This document shows positions 30,666 to 56,326 of a stretch of 64,000 bases of DNA, piece after piece. This stretch comes from Amoebidium appalachense (lineage: Eukaryota; Protista; Ichthyosporea). The stretch covers positions 17,107,840 through 17,171,839 of the forward strand of contig CAVNZM010000001.1 of the NCBI GenBank assembly GCA_963693365.1, read 5' to 3'. The translations under genes and the position numbers were made by a program. Position 1 is the stretch's first letter, and every line of letters begins with the position of its first letter. The notes below the pieces were generated by a model. That model was not told where the DNA came from. It ran no database searches and worked only from the letters and a program-made list of their open reading frames with translations.

Positions 30666-30719
<54 letters not shown>

Positions 30720-32300
30720 ACGGACCCACAAGTACACGCACACTCACAGGCGCACATCCACCACCACACATCCACCACCACCATAATAGAAACTTATTGA
30801 CCACACTTCCAAAACCCATTTCCAAGTCCCCCCCCCCCCCTAAAAAAAAAAATAAAAAATAATAAAACAAAACCCTACCAAGCCAACCCAAAAAATGCCC
30901 AAGCACGTGCATACAAAACAATGGGGACCATTTACACACCCAAAATGCAGTGCACACTTGCCTGAAGGCACATGTCCAGCGTAACCATTTTTGTCACCAA
31001 ACGCCGAGAACTTAGCCGCCTGCTCCTCTGGGGGAAGTTCTGTCAGGCGCTGGTCGTGGGGGCGGAAATCGTTACGCTTTTTGAGTTCATACTTGGTCCA
31101 ATGCAGCGCCCTCGAGTAATACAGGAGCCGCTGCTCGTCGTATCGCTGCTTGTGGAGCTCCGAGAGGAGGGTGGCAAAGGCGTTTGGGCCCACACCTTTG
31201 TCTGCCAGTGCACGCAACAATGTTACCACCTTTAGGTCGAGCCCACTGCGGTGGCTAAGGTAGGCCGGAAACTGATCACGCATGAAGAGTGGAAGGCGTT
31301 TAATTGTCTGGGGGTTTGTGCCGGCAAAGTTTTTTTTGCATGTGTCACAAAAGTACCGGGCCGTGATAATGTAGTAGCAGCTGTCAAAGTCGATAACACG
31401 CCGTCCTACGGGGTTGCTCATGAACCCATTGCGAGAAGTACGGTGTGGGTTGGGGTGGTTGTGGGGGTCCACGTAGTGATCATCGAAGGGGCACGGCACC
31501 ATGAAACCGGGAGACAACCTTTCCGGAAGCCAGGCAAAACATCTGGGTTTGTAGAAAGGCGCTGGATCGCCCCCAAATTTAAAGCCTATAATGGGAGGTG
31601 GAAGATGCCACCCCACAGGCGTCTTCTCATCTTTGAGACTCTCTTTCACTGTGTGCAGGTGCGACTTGATTGTTTCGCCCGCCGCGTCAGAAAACTCCTC
31701 TCCACCGTCATCCCCGTCCGTATTATCTTCTCCCTCTTCCTCCCCTTCATCCTCGTCTACCCGGTACGCATCTGCTGCTGCATTTAGCAAAGGTTCCTCG
31801 TCGGGTTGCACCTGTATGTCTGGTGGGTGTGGAGCAGGGGCCCGATCCATTTCTCTTGGTAACGAATGGACGCTACCTGCCTCAACTACACGGGCCCTTA
31901 TGTCGGCGGCCTTAGATAGAGGGGGCTGTTCGGGTTGTACGTTTACGTTTAGTTCCTGCAAAACAGCTTTGTTTGCCGTCCCAAAACCTGCAAAGTTCGC
32001 TAAAGGCTGAACAAATGCAGCATCTTTTTTTTTTGCGCCCAGCTCCCTCCCTAGCTCCGCCTGTTTTATGCCCAGGGCGCTGTGTTGTGCCCTTAGGGCA
32101 GCCTGGCTTCATTTTAAACACTTGGGGCCTGGCCCCCTGCCCCCCTAGTGCGACTACGTTACCGCAAACATTCCCGTATTCCAGTGTGCTCGGCAATGCT
32201 GCTCATGGCCTTCCCGGACTGGTGGTTGTGACCAGTAAAGAGCGCGCCAATTCCTGACCGCCGCCTACAGCAGTGTATGATCTGTTATCCATATTCGGCA
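23766..32300 (-). mobile_element. Dada-superfamily-like DNA transposon; boundaries approximate
   Basis: Contains the transposase below. The 5' end must lie between the transposase ATG (32112) and the sppA stop (32484). I could not identify TIRs or TSDs by eye. Confidence 0.6.
24192..32112 (-). CDS. Dada-type DDE transposase (DUF6729-like N-terminal region) with an inserted DEDDy 3'-5' exonuclease; 6 exons; three homopolymer frameshifts
   Basis: N-terminal region MKPGCPKG...GAGRKKK, then RRVIDFDSCYYI...YFCDTC and FPAYLSHRSGLD. Catalytic residues: KADHTF (D1), FYTDRCC (D2), LNDAFH (DxxH), YRCIRGTNEVEGAVH (E). Exonuclease motifs VGLDCEW, QIGTD and YAALDA lie between D2 and DxxH. C-terminal CKTC..C..C finger. 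Frameshifts at A10 (32025-32034), G7 (27098-27104) and G10 (25231-25240). Confidence 0.8.
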
Positions 32301-32483
32301 AAAGGGGTCTTGCCCAACCAATGGCTTGAATCCTTGTAACTTTGCTTTATCCATATAAGGTTAGCTGAACACCCCCCCTCCAATCATACCCCCCCCTTCT
32401 CTCTAGTAGTAGCTCCTGGCATGCCGCACCCCCCACCAACACTGTGCTACACCGTAATAACTACAACATAATCTGCAATGCAT

Positions 32484-45309
<12,826 letters not shown>

Positions 45310-46012
45310 GTTGCCTCGCCCCGCTGAAATGGCTCGAAGCGGTCTCGGTGTTATTTTTTTTTTATTTTATTTTATTTTTAGTTTTTTTTGCAGGAAAGCG
45401 TGGCGCGGGGGAGTTTTATCATTTGAAAGATTTAGTCAACCGGCACACAGCGGAGAAACCCAGTGTATGTCCAGCTTATACTATTGGCTGTAGATGTGTA
45501 GTGTCGCTTAGAATCCAATGTAAGGGACTTTCAAATTAATCTACATACTAATGTCATTGAGTCAAATAACCATAATTTCACTATGACCTAACATGCCGTC
45601 TCAGTCTCAGCGCCCCATGGGCCATGGCGCCACTTTGAACTTTCAGTCAGTGAGTGTGAAGTTATGTACATGGCCTACATGATATTGTTGGAAACCCCTT
45701 GGGTTGTGCATAATAAACATTTGGATAATCATTCTACTACTATATAGCTTATTTCTGTTTTACTCAGTTCAGCCGAGCTAGTGGAGGCCTTGGCCCGGGC
45801 CAAGCTTGCTTGGTCGGCGGCTCACGGATGGGTCAGGAATTCAGGATTCGGGTGACGTCATTCATTGAATGGCGGGCCATTCCCCGTGGTATAGGTATAT
45901 ATGAACATCTTGGTGAAGGCGAACAGCTGTTTTTCGAACTCCGGCAGCAGCTACAATATTTTTTTTTTTGAATTGGCCTTTATTTTCAAAGGAGGTCGTA
46001 CATCGGTTATAT

Positions 46013-46052
<40 letters not shown>

Positions 46053-46502
46053 GAATGCATAAGAAGTATGATCCGACCCGATTCGATTCTCGAGATCTCG
46101 ATCACATCGGCTTTTGAAATGCTGGGATGCCAGGGCTACAAACTTTAGCCTAGACAAGAGCTTGACGAATGAGCAAACTTTACTCACCTACCTTGCTGAA
46201 AAAGATCATCCGGGGCCTTCCAAGGGCCGTAAAGCTCCTAGCCAAAAAATATTGGAAAATTCAACAAGGTATAACTACGCTTCTACCAAGGTTGACTGTT
46301 GGGCTATCTTTGAAAACATATAGTTCGACGTCCTCTACCAACATCAACATTTCATACCCTGGTCCCACACCAACTTTTGTTATACACTGAAGTAAATTGT
46401 AAATGCATGCTGGCCAGCCCAGACATAAATATGCATGGGAGTCTTCTTTTACTTTCTTCAGAACTTTTCCCAGAGAAACAGTATGAATCATCTGCCTGAA
46501 AG

Positions 46503-46533
<31 letters not shown>

Positions 46534-46614
46534 GGGGGGGGGGGGGGGTAAGATGAGGCATCATGTGCAGTTGTTGAATCGAGATTCTGAGGAGTGTAAA
46601 CGAAATACAACATG

Positions 46615-46800
46615 AAAACGGTTGGGTAAAAGGGCGGGACAGAACAGCCAGTCATAAATCTTGAACAGCATTAAAATATTTAACGGAACTAACGTTAAAT
46701 ATCCGAACGGCTGTAAATCAGCCAAATATTTGCAAAAAAAACGATTCATTTTATCATCCAATCACGTGAGGACGCGGGTCTTTGAAATGATGCAACGGTT
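46615..46800 (+). promoter_or_regulatory. Putative G2/M cell-cycle promoter (MYB/MSA, CCAAT, CDE/CHR-like)
   Basis: AACGG at 46617, 46682, 46706 and 46794; GGCGGGA at 46633; CCAAT at 46758; CACGTG at 46763; ACGCG-ggtc-TTTGAA at 46772-46786. All lie 200-390 bp upstream of the Ki-67-like ATG. Confidence 0.55.
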
Positions 46801-47001
46801 GTTTCACCTTGTGCATGCAAAGCAGTTTGACTGAAAAAAAACGCGATTTACCAAGCGCTAGCACGAGAGTAGAAACCAGCTTATGTTCACAGTGAAATGG
46901 CTTAGGCATTGCTCAACTGGCATATTATACTCAACTAGCCATTTATTTTTCTTCGTAGGTCGTTAAATGATAGTGGCGCTAGTACGCCTCATAATTACAG
47001 G

Positions 47002-47200
47002 ATGAACTCGCGTGGGAAGGTTGTTGTGCTGTTGCGCAACAAGGAGGGTCTCAGCTTTGACATCAAGACAGACGTTACCATCGGCAGGTATATGCCCTGC
47101 CCTTTAACAGCAGCAATATTAACCCTTCGAAGTCATACAACTTAAGACTAATTTTCCTAGGTGTTGCTCTTACTTTGTTCTCTCCCCACAAGTCCTCCTC

Positions 47201-47231
<31 letters not shown>

Positions 47232-48155
47232 AAAAAAAAAGAAAAAAAAACCTTCAACTCTTCTCTTCTCTTTTCCTTCCACCCACACACAATTTAACGC
47301 AACCGCACACCACCGCAACCTCACAGCCCCCCCCCCCCCCCCCAATTTCTTCACCTTCTGCTGTTTCAAACTTCTAGGTCATCATGTTCACAATCGTGTT
47401 CCACTTTTTGCCTGAGTTCCACTAGCTGTTGCATGAGCTAGCTGTTTCTACAACATACCTCTATATTTCCAACTTATTGCATGCACAAGCCCGTACAAAT
47501 TCCTTGTGATAGATATGTTTCTTACCCTTATCCCTTGGAGTTTTGGAGTTTTGACAATTGCACTATCGACCCTTTTCAAATATACCATTTGCCTGCAGGC
47601 ATGAGGACAACACGATACGTGTGCAATGCCCCGAGGCCAAAGAGCACCACTGCCGCCTGGTGGTTGATGACCACGGCAAGGTGGGTGCACGTTTCCCCTT
47701 CCCCCAATACTGTTTTTTCCAACTTCAATAAACACTATAGATCGGCAGAGAAACAACCGCATAAAAGTCAATCGACACAGCAAGCAGCAGGATACTTTGG
47801 AGAAAGGGTGCTAAACCTTGCTTCCATCTGGGCTCCGTTTTGCCCTCTTTTCAAGCTCACTCCTCTCTTCCGTGTTCTTCCACCCACTCATATGGCTCAG
47901 TGCCACACTACTAATCTATATTCTAACCATTTCTGGTCTGCTTAGGGCACGTGGAAACACGTGTGTTCGGGGCGACTGGGCTTGTCTGTGACGTGCACAA
48001 AGTTGTGTGTGAACGTGCAATGGGTGGGTGGGTGTGTAGGAGTATTCTTGCATCTTCTAACAGTCAGGGGGGTGTACTTCGACTTGCCGTGCCTTTCCTA
48101 TCTCGCTCATTTTGTACACTCTTTTCCCTATGAATGTGCACCCTCCCTGAGCCCC

Positions 48156-48186
<31 letters not shown>

Positions 48187-48296
48187 AAAAAACAAACAAA
48201 AAAAAAACCACTACTGCCACAAATGGTGACAAGGAACCTCTTCCAACATCACTCGAAAGTCTAACGATCGATACCCAAATATCTGCTTTCATACAA

Positions 48297-48350
<54 letters not shown>

Positions 48351-48613
48351 TGGCTCGAGAACATGGACACTCGGGGCCAAACCAACGTCAACGGCAAGCC
48401 TGTGACCGGCCGTCTGCGGCTGAAAAACGGTGACGTGTTTGGAATCGGCCTGAGGGAGTTCCGTTTTGATGTAAGAACCCTGCTATAATGAGCACTCTTG
48501 TTACTCCTTGGTTCCCCCCACCTCTCGCCCCACCCGATTCTCGATCCCCTCTCCCCTGTAAACCAATCAACCCACCCGTCTCATTAACTTTTTTGTTGGT
48601 TTCTTTTATTCTC

Positions 48614-48650
<37 letters not shown>

Positions 48651-49021
48651 CCCCTCAATTGACAAACACACATACACATCAACATGATGAATACATACCT
48701 ATCTGCGCACTCAGTGATGCCATTTGTTTTCTGTGGTCTGGCTGTATTGGTTGAAAATCATGTGTAGGGTTTCCCTGGATGTAGGCCCCCCCCCCCCCCC
48801 CCCCCCCCCCGTTTGTGTGACGGTGTGTGCGCACATAGCACGCACGTGCATGCATGTGTGTGTGTGTGTGTGTGTGTGCCTCCGTGTGTGTGTGTGCCCA
48901 CTTCTGATGATGTGTGAATGAATGAGGAGGTCCCAAGAAATAACTAAGGGCAGGAGAAAGATTACTGACCCGTTGCTTTTTGGCCGTACAGGCAGCAGCT
49001 GGAAGTGGAGATGACACAGGC

Positions 49022-49072
<51 letters not shown>

Positions 49073-49588
49073 ACACACATCCCCGCCACAATAGATGTGA
49101 GCAGTCTTTTCGAGAGCTTTCATATTACAACCCCCCCCCCCCCCCCCCCCCCCCCCTCTATCCTTTCATGTAACCCACATCACACACGCAGCACATATAC
49201 TCTTACCCTCTGCCATTGGCACCGATCTATCCCCACACGCAAGGGTTCTGACCCCTTCCCGTCCCCTCCAAAAAAAATCGACCCATGCATGTATTCATTT
49301 GTGCATATCCACACACTTTCACACTGGAACAGCCAGCACGTATCTGAACCCCCCCCCTCCCCTCCCCTCCCTCCGCTCCGCTACTCCTTTGGCCCTACTC
49401 ACAAACCACCGAATTTATTTGAGAAAGAGAAGGAAGTGAAACACAAGATCAAAATTACCAGAAAGGCAGTGAGGAACACAAAGAGTACGAGTGCAAAACT
49501 GACAATGACCTTGCAAACAGGGAGTACCAAGAACACACCGGCAAAGAACAGGACTCCATCCAAGCCCAGTATGTAACCCCCCCCCCCC

Positions 49589-49624
<36 letters not shown>

Positions 49625-49922
49625 CACGCGTCAGAAGCACAGGTGCACACACGAATACGAACCGTCATGCAAACATATATATGTGTGTGCGCTGTGCCCT
49701 GAACACCTACTCTTGAGAAGAGAGGAGGGTGTGTGTGTGTGTGTGTGTGTGTTTGGAGGGGGTGGGACTGTGCAGACAGAGTCAAACAAAAGAGAAAGGC
49801 ACACCACCTGGCCTTTACTGTGTGACTGTATGCATGCGTGCAGTTGCACCTTCTTACCATGCTCTAACTGTTTCACGTTGAAGCACTCGTTTTCTTTTCA
49901 GTAAGTCTGTTTATTTCCACTT

Positions 49923-49958
<36 letters not shown>

Positions 49959-50268
49959 CCCCTCCCCCACCACCACCACCACCATACGCGCGCGCACACA
50001 CACACACACGCACGCACGCACAAAAAACACAGGCACACCGGGTGCTGCTGGGCATGCAGCCACAGCCAGTAAGGTTGCTGGGCCCGTGTCCAAACCCATC
50101 ACGGCATCAGCCATCAAGTTCAAAAGCCCCCTGACCTTCAAGAAGCTGCCCCCTGCTGGCAAGGTTGGTTGGTGATGGGGTGCTGCGATGGGGTCCCTTT
50201 CTTTTTCGGTTGCATGCAAGCCAAGCTGAGCGTCCCACTTCTCTCCTCCCTTTCGCCCCCTTCCCCCC

Positions 50269-50313
<45 letters not shown>

Positions 50314-53100
50314 ACACACACACACCACCCGAACCAACACAAACACACGCACACAGCACGCGCGTACACACACACACACAGGGGCAGGGGGTGGGGGGAA
50401 GGGAGGAGGGAGGGAAGGGGGTTGATCAACCGGCAAGGGGTGGGTGTGTGTTTGTGTGTGTGAACGGAGGGGTGGGGGATGGGGATGGGGGAGAATAATG
50501 CAGTAAGTAATGCTGGGCTTTGAGCACTAGCCCGTGTGCATGAACAGACCATTCTAGGGGACAGTGATGCCCTGGTGCGAGGCAACTCCACCCCCACAAA
50601 GCTGCCCCCGTCCATCACACTCACACCTGCAAAAGGTATGACTACTCCCCCCCCCCCCCCCCCCCCCCCCCCCTACATGCGCACGTACACAAGCACAAAC
50701 ACACACACACACACACACGGGTACCGTATAACCATCAGCCCCGTCTCCCAAATAACACACACAAATAGGCAAAACGACACACAACCCATCCACCCTGGCT
50801 GACTTCAGTGTACGTGTTTTGTTTTGTCTCTGGAGGCATGTGTAGACATCCACTGATGGAGTGCATGTGAAATGTGAATTGATGCTCTACATGTGTGCTC
50901 CATCCCCCCCCCCCCCCCCCCCCCCTCCCCCCCCTCTCTCTCTCTCTCTCTTTCTCCCCCTATCTCCCGAAGTGGACCCCCCCCCTCCCCCTCTCTCTTC
51001 GTCTTTACATGCATGCACACAGTGGTTGGCTGCATGGCCGCACAGTGCATTAAGACCATGTCTGCCGTGGGAACAATCCAATCAGTTCTTGCGTATGTAT
51101 TAAGACCATGTCTGCCGTGGGAACAATCCAATCAGTTCTGGCGTATGCGTGTGTGGAGGGGAGGGGGAGGGGGGGTTGTGGGGGGAGGGGGGGGGGGGGG
51201 GGACTTCTGTAAGTGTTGGTACAGTGCACTTGTGTTTGTGTTGAATTCTATACTGACTCGTATGTGCAGAGGGTGAGGTGCAGCCAGAGACAAAGTCGAC
51301 TGGCAGCTGCCTCAAGAAGACAGGCCTGAAGGTGCATGCCCCCCCATAGGAAGCACATGCACATGCACACACACGCGCACATGCGCACGCTCACCTGCCC
51401 TGTTAGCCGTGCACACCACGACCGAGAACTCTACCCACTCCTTGGGCCAACACCAAATCAGTCCCATTATATATTCCCTCCTTTCGTGCCCAGAAAATAC
51501 ACTATTCACTACCACCTGCCATAGACACTGCAACATATAGTGCCCATAATTGTGGCAGCTGCTGATAGATGTGAAATTTGACTTACAAGGGGGATTTATT
51601 TGCTCTAGACGGCTGAGAACAAGAAGGTGGTGTTTGGACCCCCCCTCTCCCCCGAGGAATTTGACAAGCACCTGCCCCCCGACACCCCCATCAAGAGAGG
51701 GGAGCTGCCTCCGGGCAGTGACAAGAAGCGCAGATCTCCAAAGGTAGTGAAAGACCTCCCCTCCCTGTCCCTCTCCCGTCTCCCCCGCTAAAAACAAAAG
51801 AAAGAGAAATCAAGTTCTGGTTTACAGAGTCTATATTTTTACTTAACCATCGATTGGGGTCACTGCTCTTCGTGTGCATAATATGGTTCCACTCCGTTTT
51901 TCGGTGGCACATTCTCACACAGAAAGAGAAGATAAAACCATGGGCGGGAGGAAGGGGAAGAAGGAAGAGGAGGGGAAATAAAAATCAAAGCAACACACCC
52001 ATTCCAGTCTTTTTAATTCTGGGCACCGATTGGCTGACCGTCACGTTTTCCTCCAGGACCCCAACCGGATCCAGCAGCTTCTGGATGCAACAAAGGGTGC
52101 ATGGGGCCCACCCCCAAAGGATGAGGACGAGGATGAAGAGAGCGAGGATGAAAGTATCGAGGATGATGGGGAGGAGAGTATCGAGGATGATGAGGAAGAG
52201 GAGGAATTGATGGAGGATGCAGTTGATGACGGTGAGTGATGTGTGTGGGTGTGTGTGTGGGTGTTTTGCGCTTTGTGCATGTGTGTCGGTCTGGGTGGGT
52301 GGGTGGGTGTGAGTGGACGGGTGTTTGGATGGGTAAGTGGGTAGAAGGTGCACTCGTGTGTTTAGGAGGTTTGAGAGTGCAGACAATCGAAATCAGTAGT
52401 GTAGCCTCTTTGCAGGGGGGAGGGGGTAAGGGGGGGGGGGGGAGGGGGTTGTTACACGTGATTGAACTCCTCTCTAGTCAACACCAACATCCCCGTACAG
52501 TCCGCTTCATCAAAGACACTGACACCTCCTTATGAACCCATCACTAACCTCCGTCTTTATCCTTCTCTCCCTTTTCAAATCCCCCCCCCCCCCCCGGGGG
52601 CCAATCACGATTACGATCACCACATACACATACACATATTACACGTTATGCAGTAGCCAATGAAACCTTCGAGACCGAAATCCCCGAGGAGATGAGTGAA
52701 ACGAAGGAGGATGAAGAGAACGAGGAGGAGGAGGAGCAGTGGAAGGATGCCGTGGAGGAGTTAGAGCACATAAGGGCCACTGCAAAGGCAGGCACCGAGG
52801 ATGATGGTACGATAGAACCCCCCTGTGCATGGAAGTTTGGTCGGAAAAGTGGGGGGGGGGGGGGGGGGGGGAGCCATGACGTGTATTTTAGGGTTGGGTG
52901 AATTTTCTTTCCTTATCCATTACCCAGACACGGTCTCTGAGGAGTTGGTTTTAATGTATTGTGGGTAGCAAGAAGAGAATCTTGGCATTCCCCCCCCCCC
53001 CCCTTCTTCCATCACCACGCTCATTCGAAGGGCTGTCCTTGATGTGGTTACTGACATACCCCCCTTACTTCTTCGTTTTGCTCTCCATTTATTTCTTCCA

Positions 53101-53141
<41 letters not shown>

Positions 53142-53562
53142 CGAGACGGAGGGAGAGGAGAGCACGGAGGCAGGGGACCAGCAGGCCAAGACACCCTCAC
53201 GTGAGGAGGTGCCCACGGGGGTGACTCTTCGGCCAAAACTTAAAACCCCCCTCAGGCAAGACATTGCACAGGGTGTTACGCTCAAGCCCCTCGTCAAGAA
53301 GGCCCTTAAAACCCCCCTGGCAAAGGTACATTTTGCATTCTAAATTTCTCTTAGTGCATGATTATGGCTGCTTCTGTGTGATAATTGTGATTGAATGCGC
53401 TTGGTCTCATTTCTTTCTTTGTGCCTCTTTGGTTTGTCACTGCGCCAGCAACGATATGTGTTTAAATTCTCTTGCCCTATGGCTGCATACTTATAACGTT
53501 TCTGGGTAGCTGATAATGAAGGGTATGTCCTAACTATATGTTGTTTTTCACTCTACGTCCAG

Positions 53563-53598
<36 letters not shown>

Positions 53599-54888
53599 GG
53601 GGAGGGGGGGGGGGGGGGTTGCATATTTCATGCACTGATTTATGTGACTCATACTTGTTTGTGTAATTTCAGGACATCAAGGGGGGTGCCAAGCTGCGGG
53701 CCACCAAGAAACGTCTTCAGACCCCCGTCAGGGAGGAAATTGTCGTTGCAGCCCAGAACCGCGCTGCCGCAGTTGCCCTTAAGCTGCCCCCTGGCCGGAA
53801 ATTGGCCACACCGGTTAAGGAGGCAATCGCCAAGAAACCGACGTTGAAGGAGACCAAGAAGAAGCTCCAAACGCCGGTGCGCGAGGAAATTCAGAAGGGG
53901 GTCGAGTTGAAGGAGACGAAAAAGAAGCTTCAGACCCCGGTAAGGGAGGAAATCCAAAAAGGGGTCGAATTGAAGGAGACGAAAAAGAAGCTTCAGACCC
54001 CGGTAAGGGAGGAAATCAAGGCCGGAGTGACGTTGCGCGAAACCAAGAAGAAACTGCAGACGCCGGTAAGGGAGGAAATTAAGGCGGGGGTCGAACTCCG
54101 ACAGACCAAGAAAAAGCTTCAGACACCCGTGCGTGAGGAAATTCAAAAGGGGGTGGAATTGAAGGAAACGAAAAAGAAGCTTCAGACCCCCCTGAGGGAG
54201 GAGATTAAGGCGGGGGTCGAGCTGAAAGAGACGAAGAAGAAACTGCAGACACCGGTCAGGGAGGAAATTAAGCAGGGGGTTACATTGAGAAAGACGAAGG
54301 AGAAATTACAGACCCCCCTTAGGGAGGAAATTAAGGCCGGAGTGGAGTTGAGGGAAACGAAAAAGAAACTGGCCACGCCGGTTCGGGAAGAAATTAAGGC
54401 AGGGGTGGAGTTGAAGGAAACGAAGAAGAAACTACAGACCCCCCTGAGGGAGGAAATTAAGGCCGGGGTGGAGTTGAAGGAAACGAAAAAGAAACTACAG
54501 ACCCCCCTGAGAGAGGAAATTAAGGCCGGGGTGGAGTTGAGGCAGACAAAGAAGAAGCTGGCAACACCTGTGCGCGAGGTGTGTGTGCGTGCGTGTGTCT
54601 GTGCCCGCGTGTCCGGACATGTAGACTTGCAACCCACTTGTTGGATAGCTTGGATGCTGACATTGTTTGGTCTGCTTTGTTTTGATGTTACGTGGTGCGA
54701 AAACTCTGTTTCGTTTCCTCAACTTAGGTGATACCGGCCTTTGTAAGAGATCATGTGCTGATTTTCTATACGTGTGTCTGTGTGTTTAGGGGGGCGGGGG
54801 GGGCTACGGGGTTACCAGGCAAGGTTACATACGATAGTGGAACGTTATCCCCACCTGTTCTTGATCTTCCCATACTCATTAGACCCCC

Positions 54889-54919
<31 letters not shown>

Positions 54920-55443
54920 ACATACACACGCACAGGCGATTCAAAAGGGGCTGAAGCTCCGCAGCACCCGGGAGCGTCTGGCCACCCCTGTGCGTGAGGC
55001 CATCGAGGGGAGGGTCCAACTCAAGTCCACAAAGGGTCCCACCATGGACCCCATTCTGCAGGTTGAAATTGCGGCCGGAATCACCCTCCGCTCCACCACC
55101 CGCAGCTTGGAGACACCAATCAGGGAGGAGATTGAGAAGGTGTGTGTGTGGATGCTTCCTCCCTCCCCCCCCCCCCCCCCTGCCTTCCCTTCACTTCACT
55201 TCACTTCCCTCCCCCGTCTTTTTCTCTAGTTTACCTGCAGGGCACCTCCATATTGGCATAGTGATGGGCAAAGGTGGTTAGCTTGTGGGTTGGAGGCAAG
55301 GGCATGTATTGGACACCCCTTCCCCTATGGGACCACCGCCACCACTACCACGCTCACACACACACACACACCACCACCACCACTCACACACACTCACACA
55401 CGGCAAACCACATAAGTAGTAGCTAGTCGCTAACTCCCTCCCC

Positions 55444-55476
<33 letters not shown>

Positions 55477-55671
55477 ACCCCCTAGGGTGTGGCTCTTCGC
55501 AGCACCAAGCCCCCCAAGGTGTTGCCCACACCCCTGCGTGAGTCCATTGTGAGTGGTCAGGCCAAGCTGCAGGCCACAAAGAAGAAACTGGCCACCCCCC
55601 TGAGAGAGGACATAGCAAAGGGTGCACAGCTGAAGCATGTCGAGATTGGTGAGTTATCATTTCCCCAGCCT

Positions 55672-55703
<32 letters not shown>

Positions 55704-56077
55704 CCTCCCCTACCCCCAGATATGTGCGTGCGCGCACGCACACACACACACAGAAAAAGAGGGAGAGTAAATGCCACTGCGACCCACATCCCTCCCGCTC
55801 TTCAGGCCCGTAAGCTGGTGTGTGTCCATTTGAACTGTGGGGGTTTGTTGGTGGTTAACATAGGCCGTAGCTCACCGTGCCTGCACCCTGCACCTACTTA
55901 GGAAACACACACAACCTGTGCTCCTTGCAGCACCCCCCAAGGCTATTCAGGTGCAAGTGTGCCTTGCTTGATTCAACTGTCCTCTTGTAACAATAGGTCC
56001 TTCCCCCCCCCCCCCCAAAAAAAAAAAAAAAAAAAAAAAAAAAAGCCCACCCACCTCACCCCTCTACGCGCGCGCGC

Positions 56078-56140
<63 letters not shown>

Positions 56141-56263
56141 CTGCACCTGGAATCGAGCCTGCTACTGCACCTGCCACTGTGGTTGAGACGGAGAGCACCG
56201 TGGCAGCCAATGAGGCGGTACAGACGGCCACAAAGACCAACAAGAGGGGTGCCAGGAAGGCAG

Positions 56264-56326
<63 letters not shown>

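Noticed and set aside
32025-32034. Programmed ribosomal frameshift at the A10 run in the transposase
   Set aside because: It needs +1, not the usual -1, and similar one-base shifts occur at other homopolymers, including in a host gene. Sequencing error is the simpler explanation.
53649-54637. Antisense repeat ORFs (165 aa and 151 aa)
   Set aside because: They are shadows of the + strand coding repeat; synonymous variation preserves the + frame.
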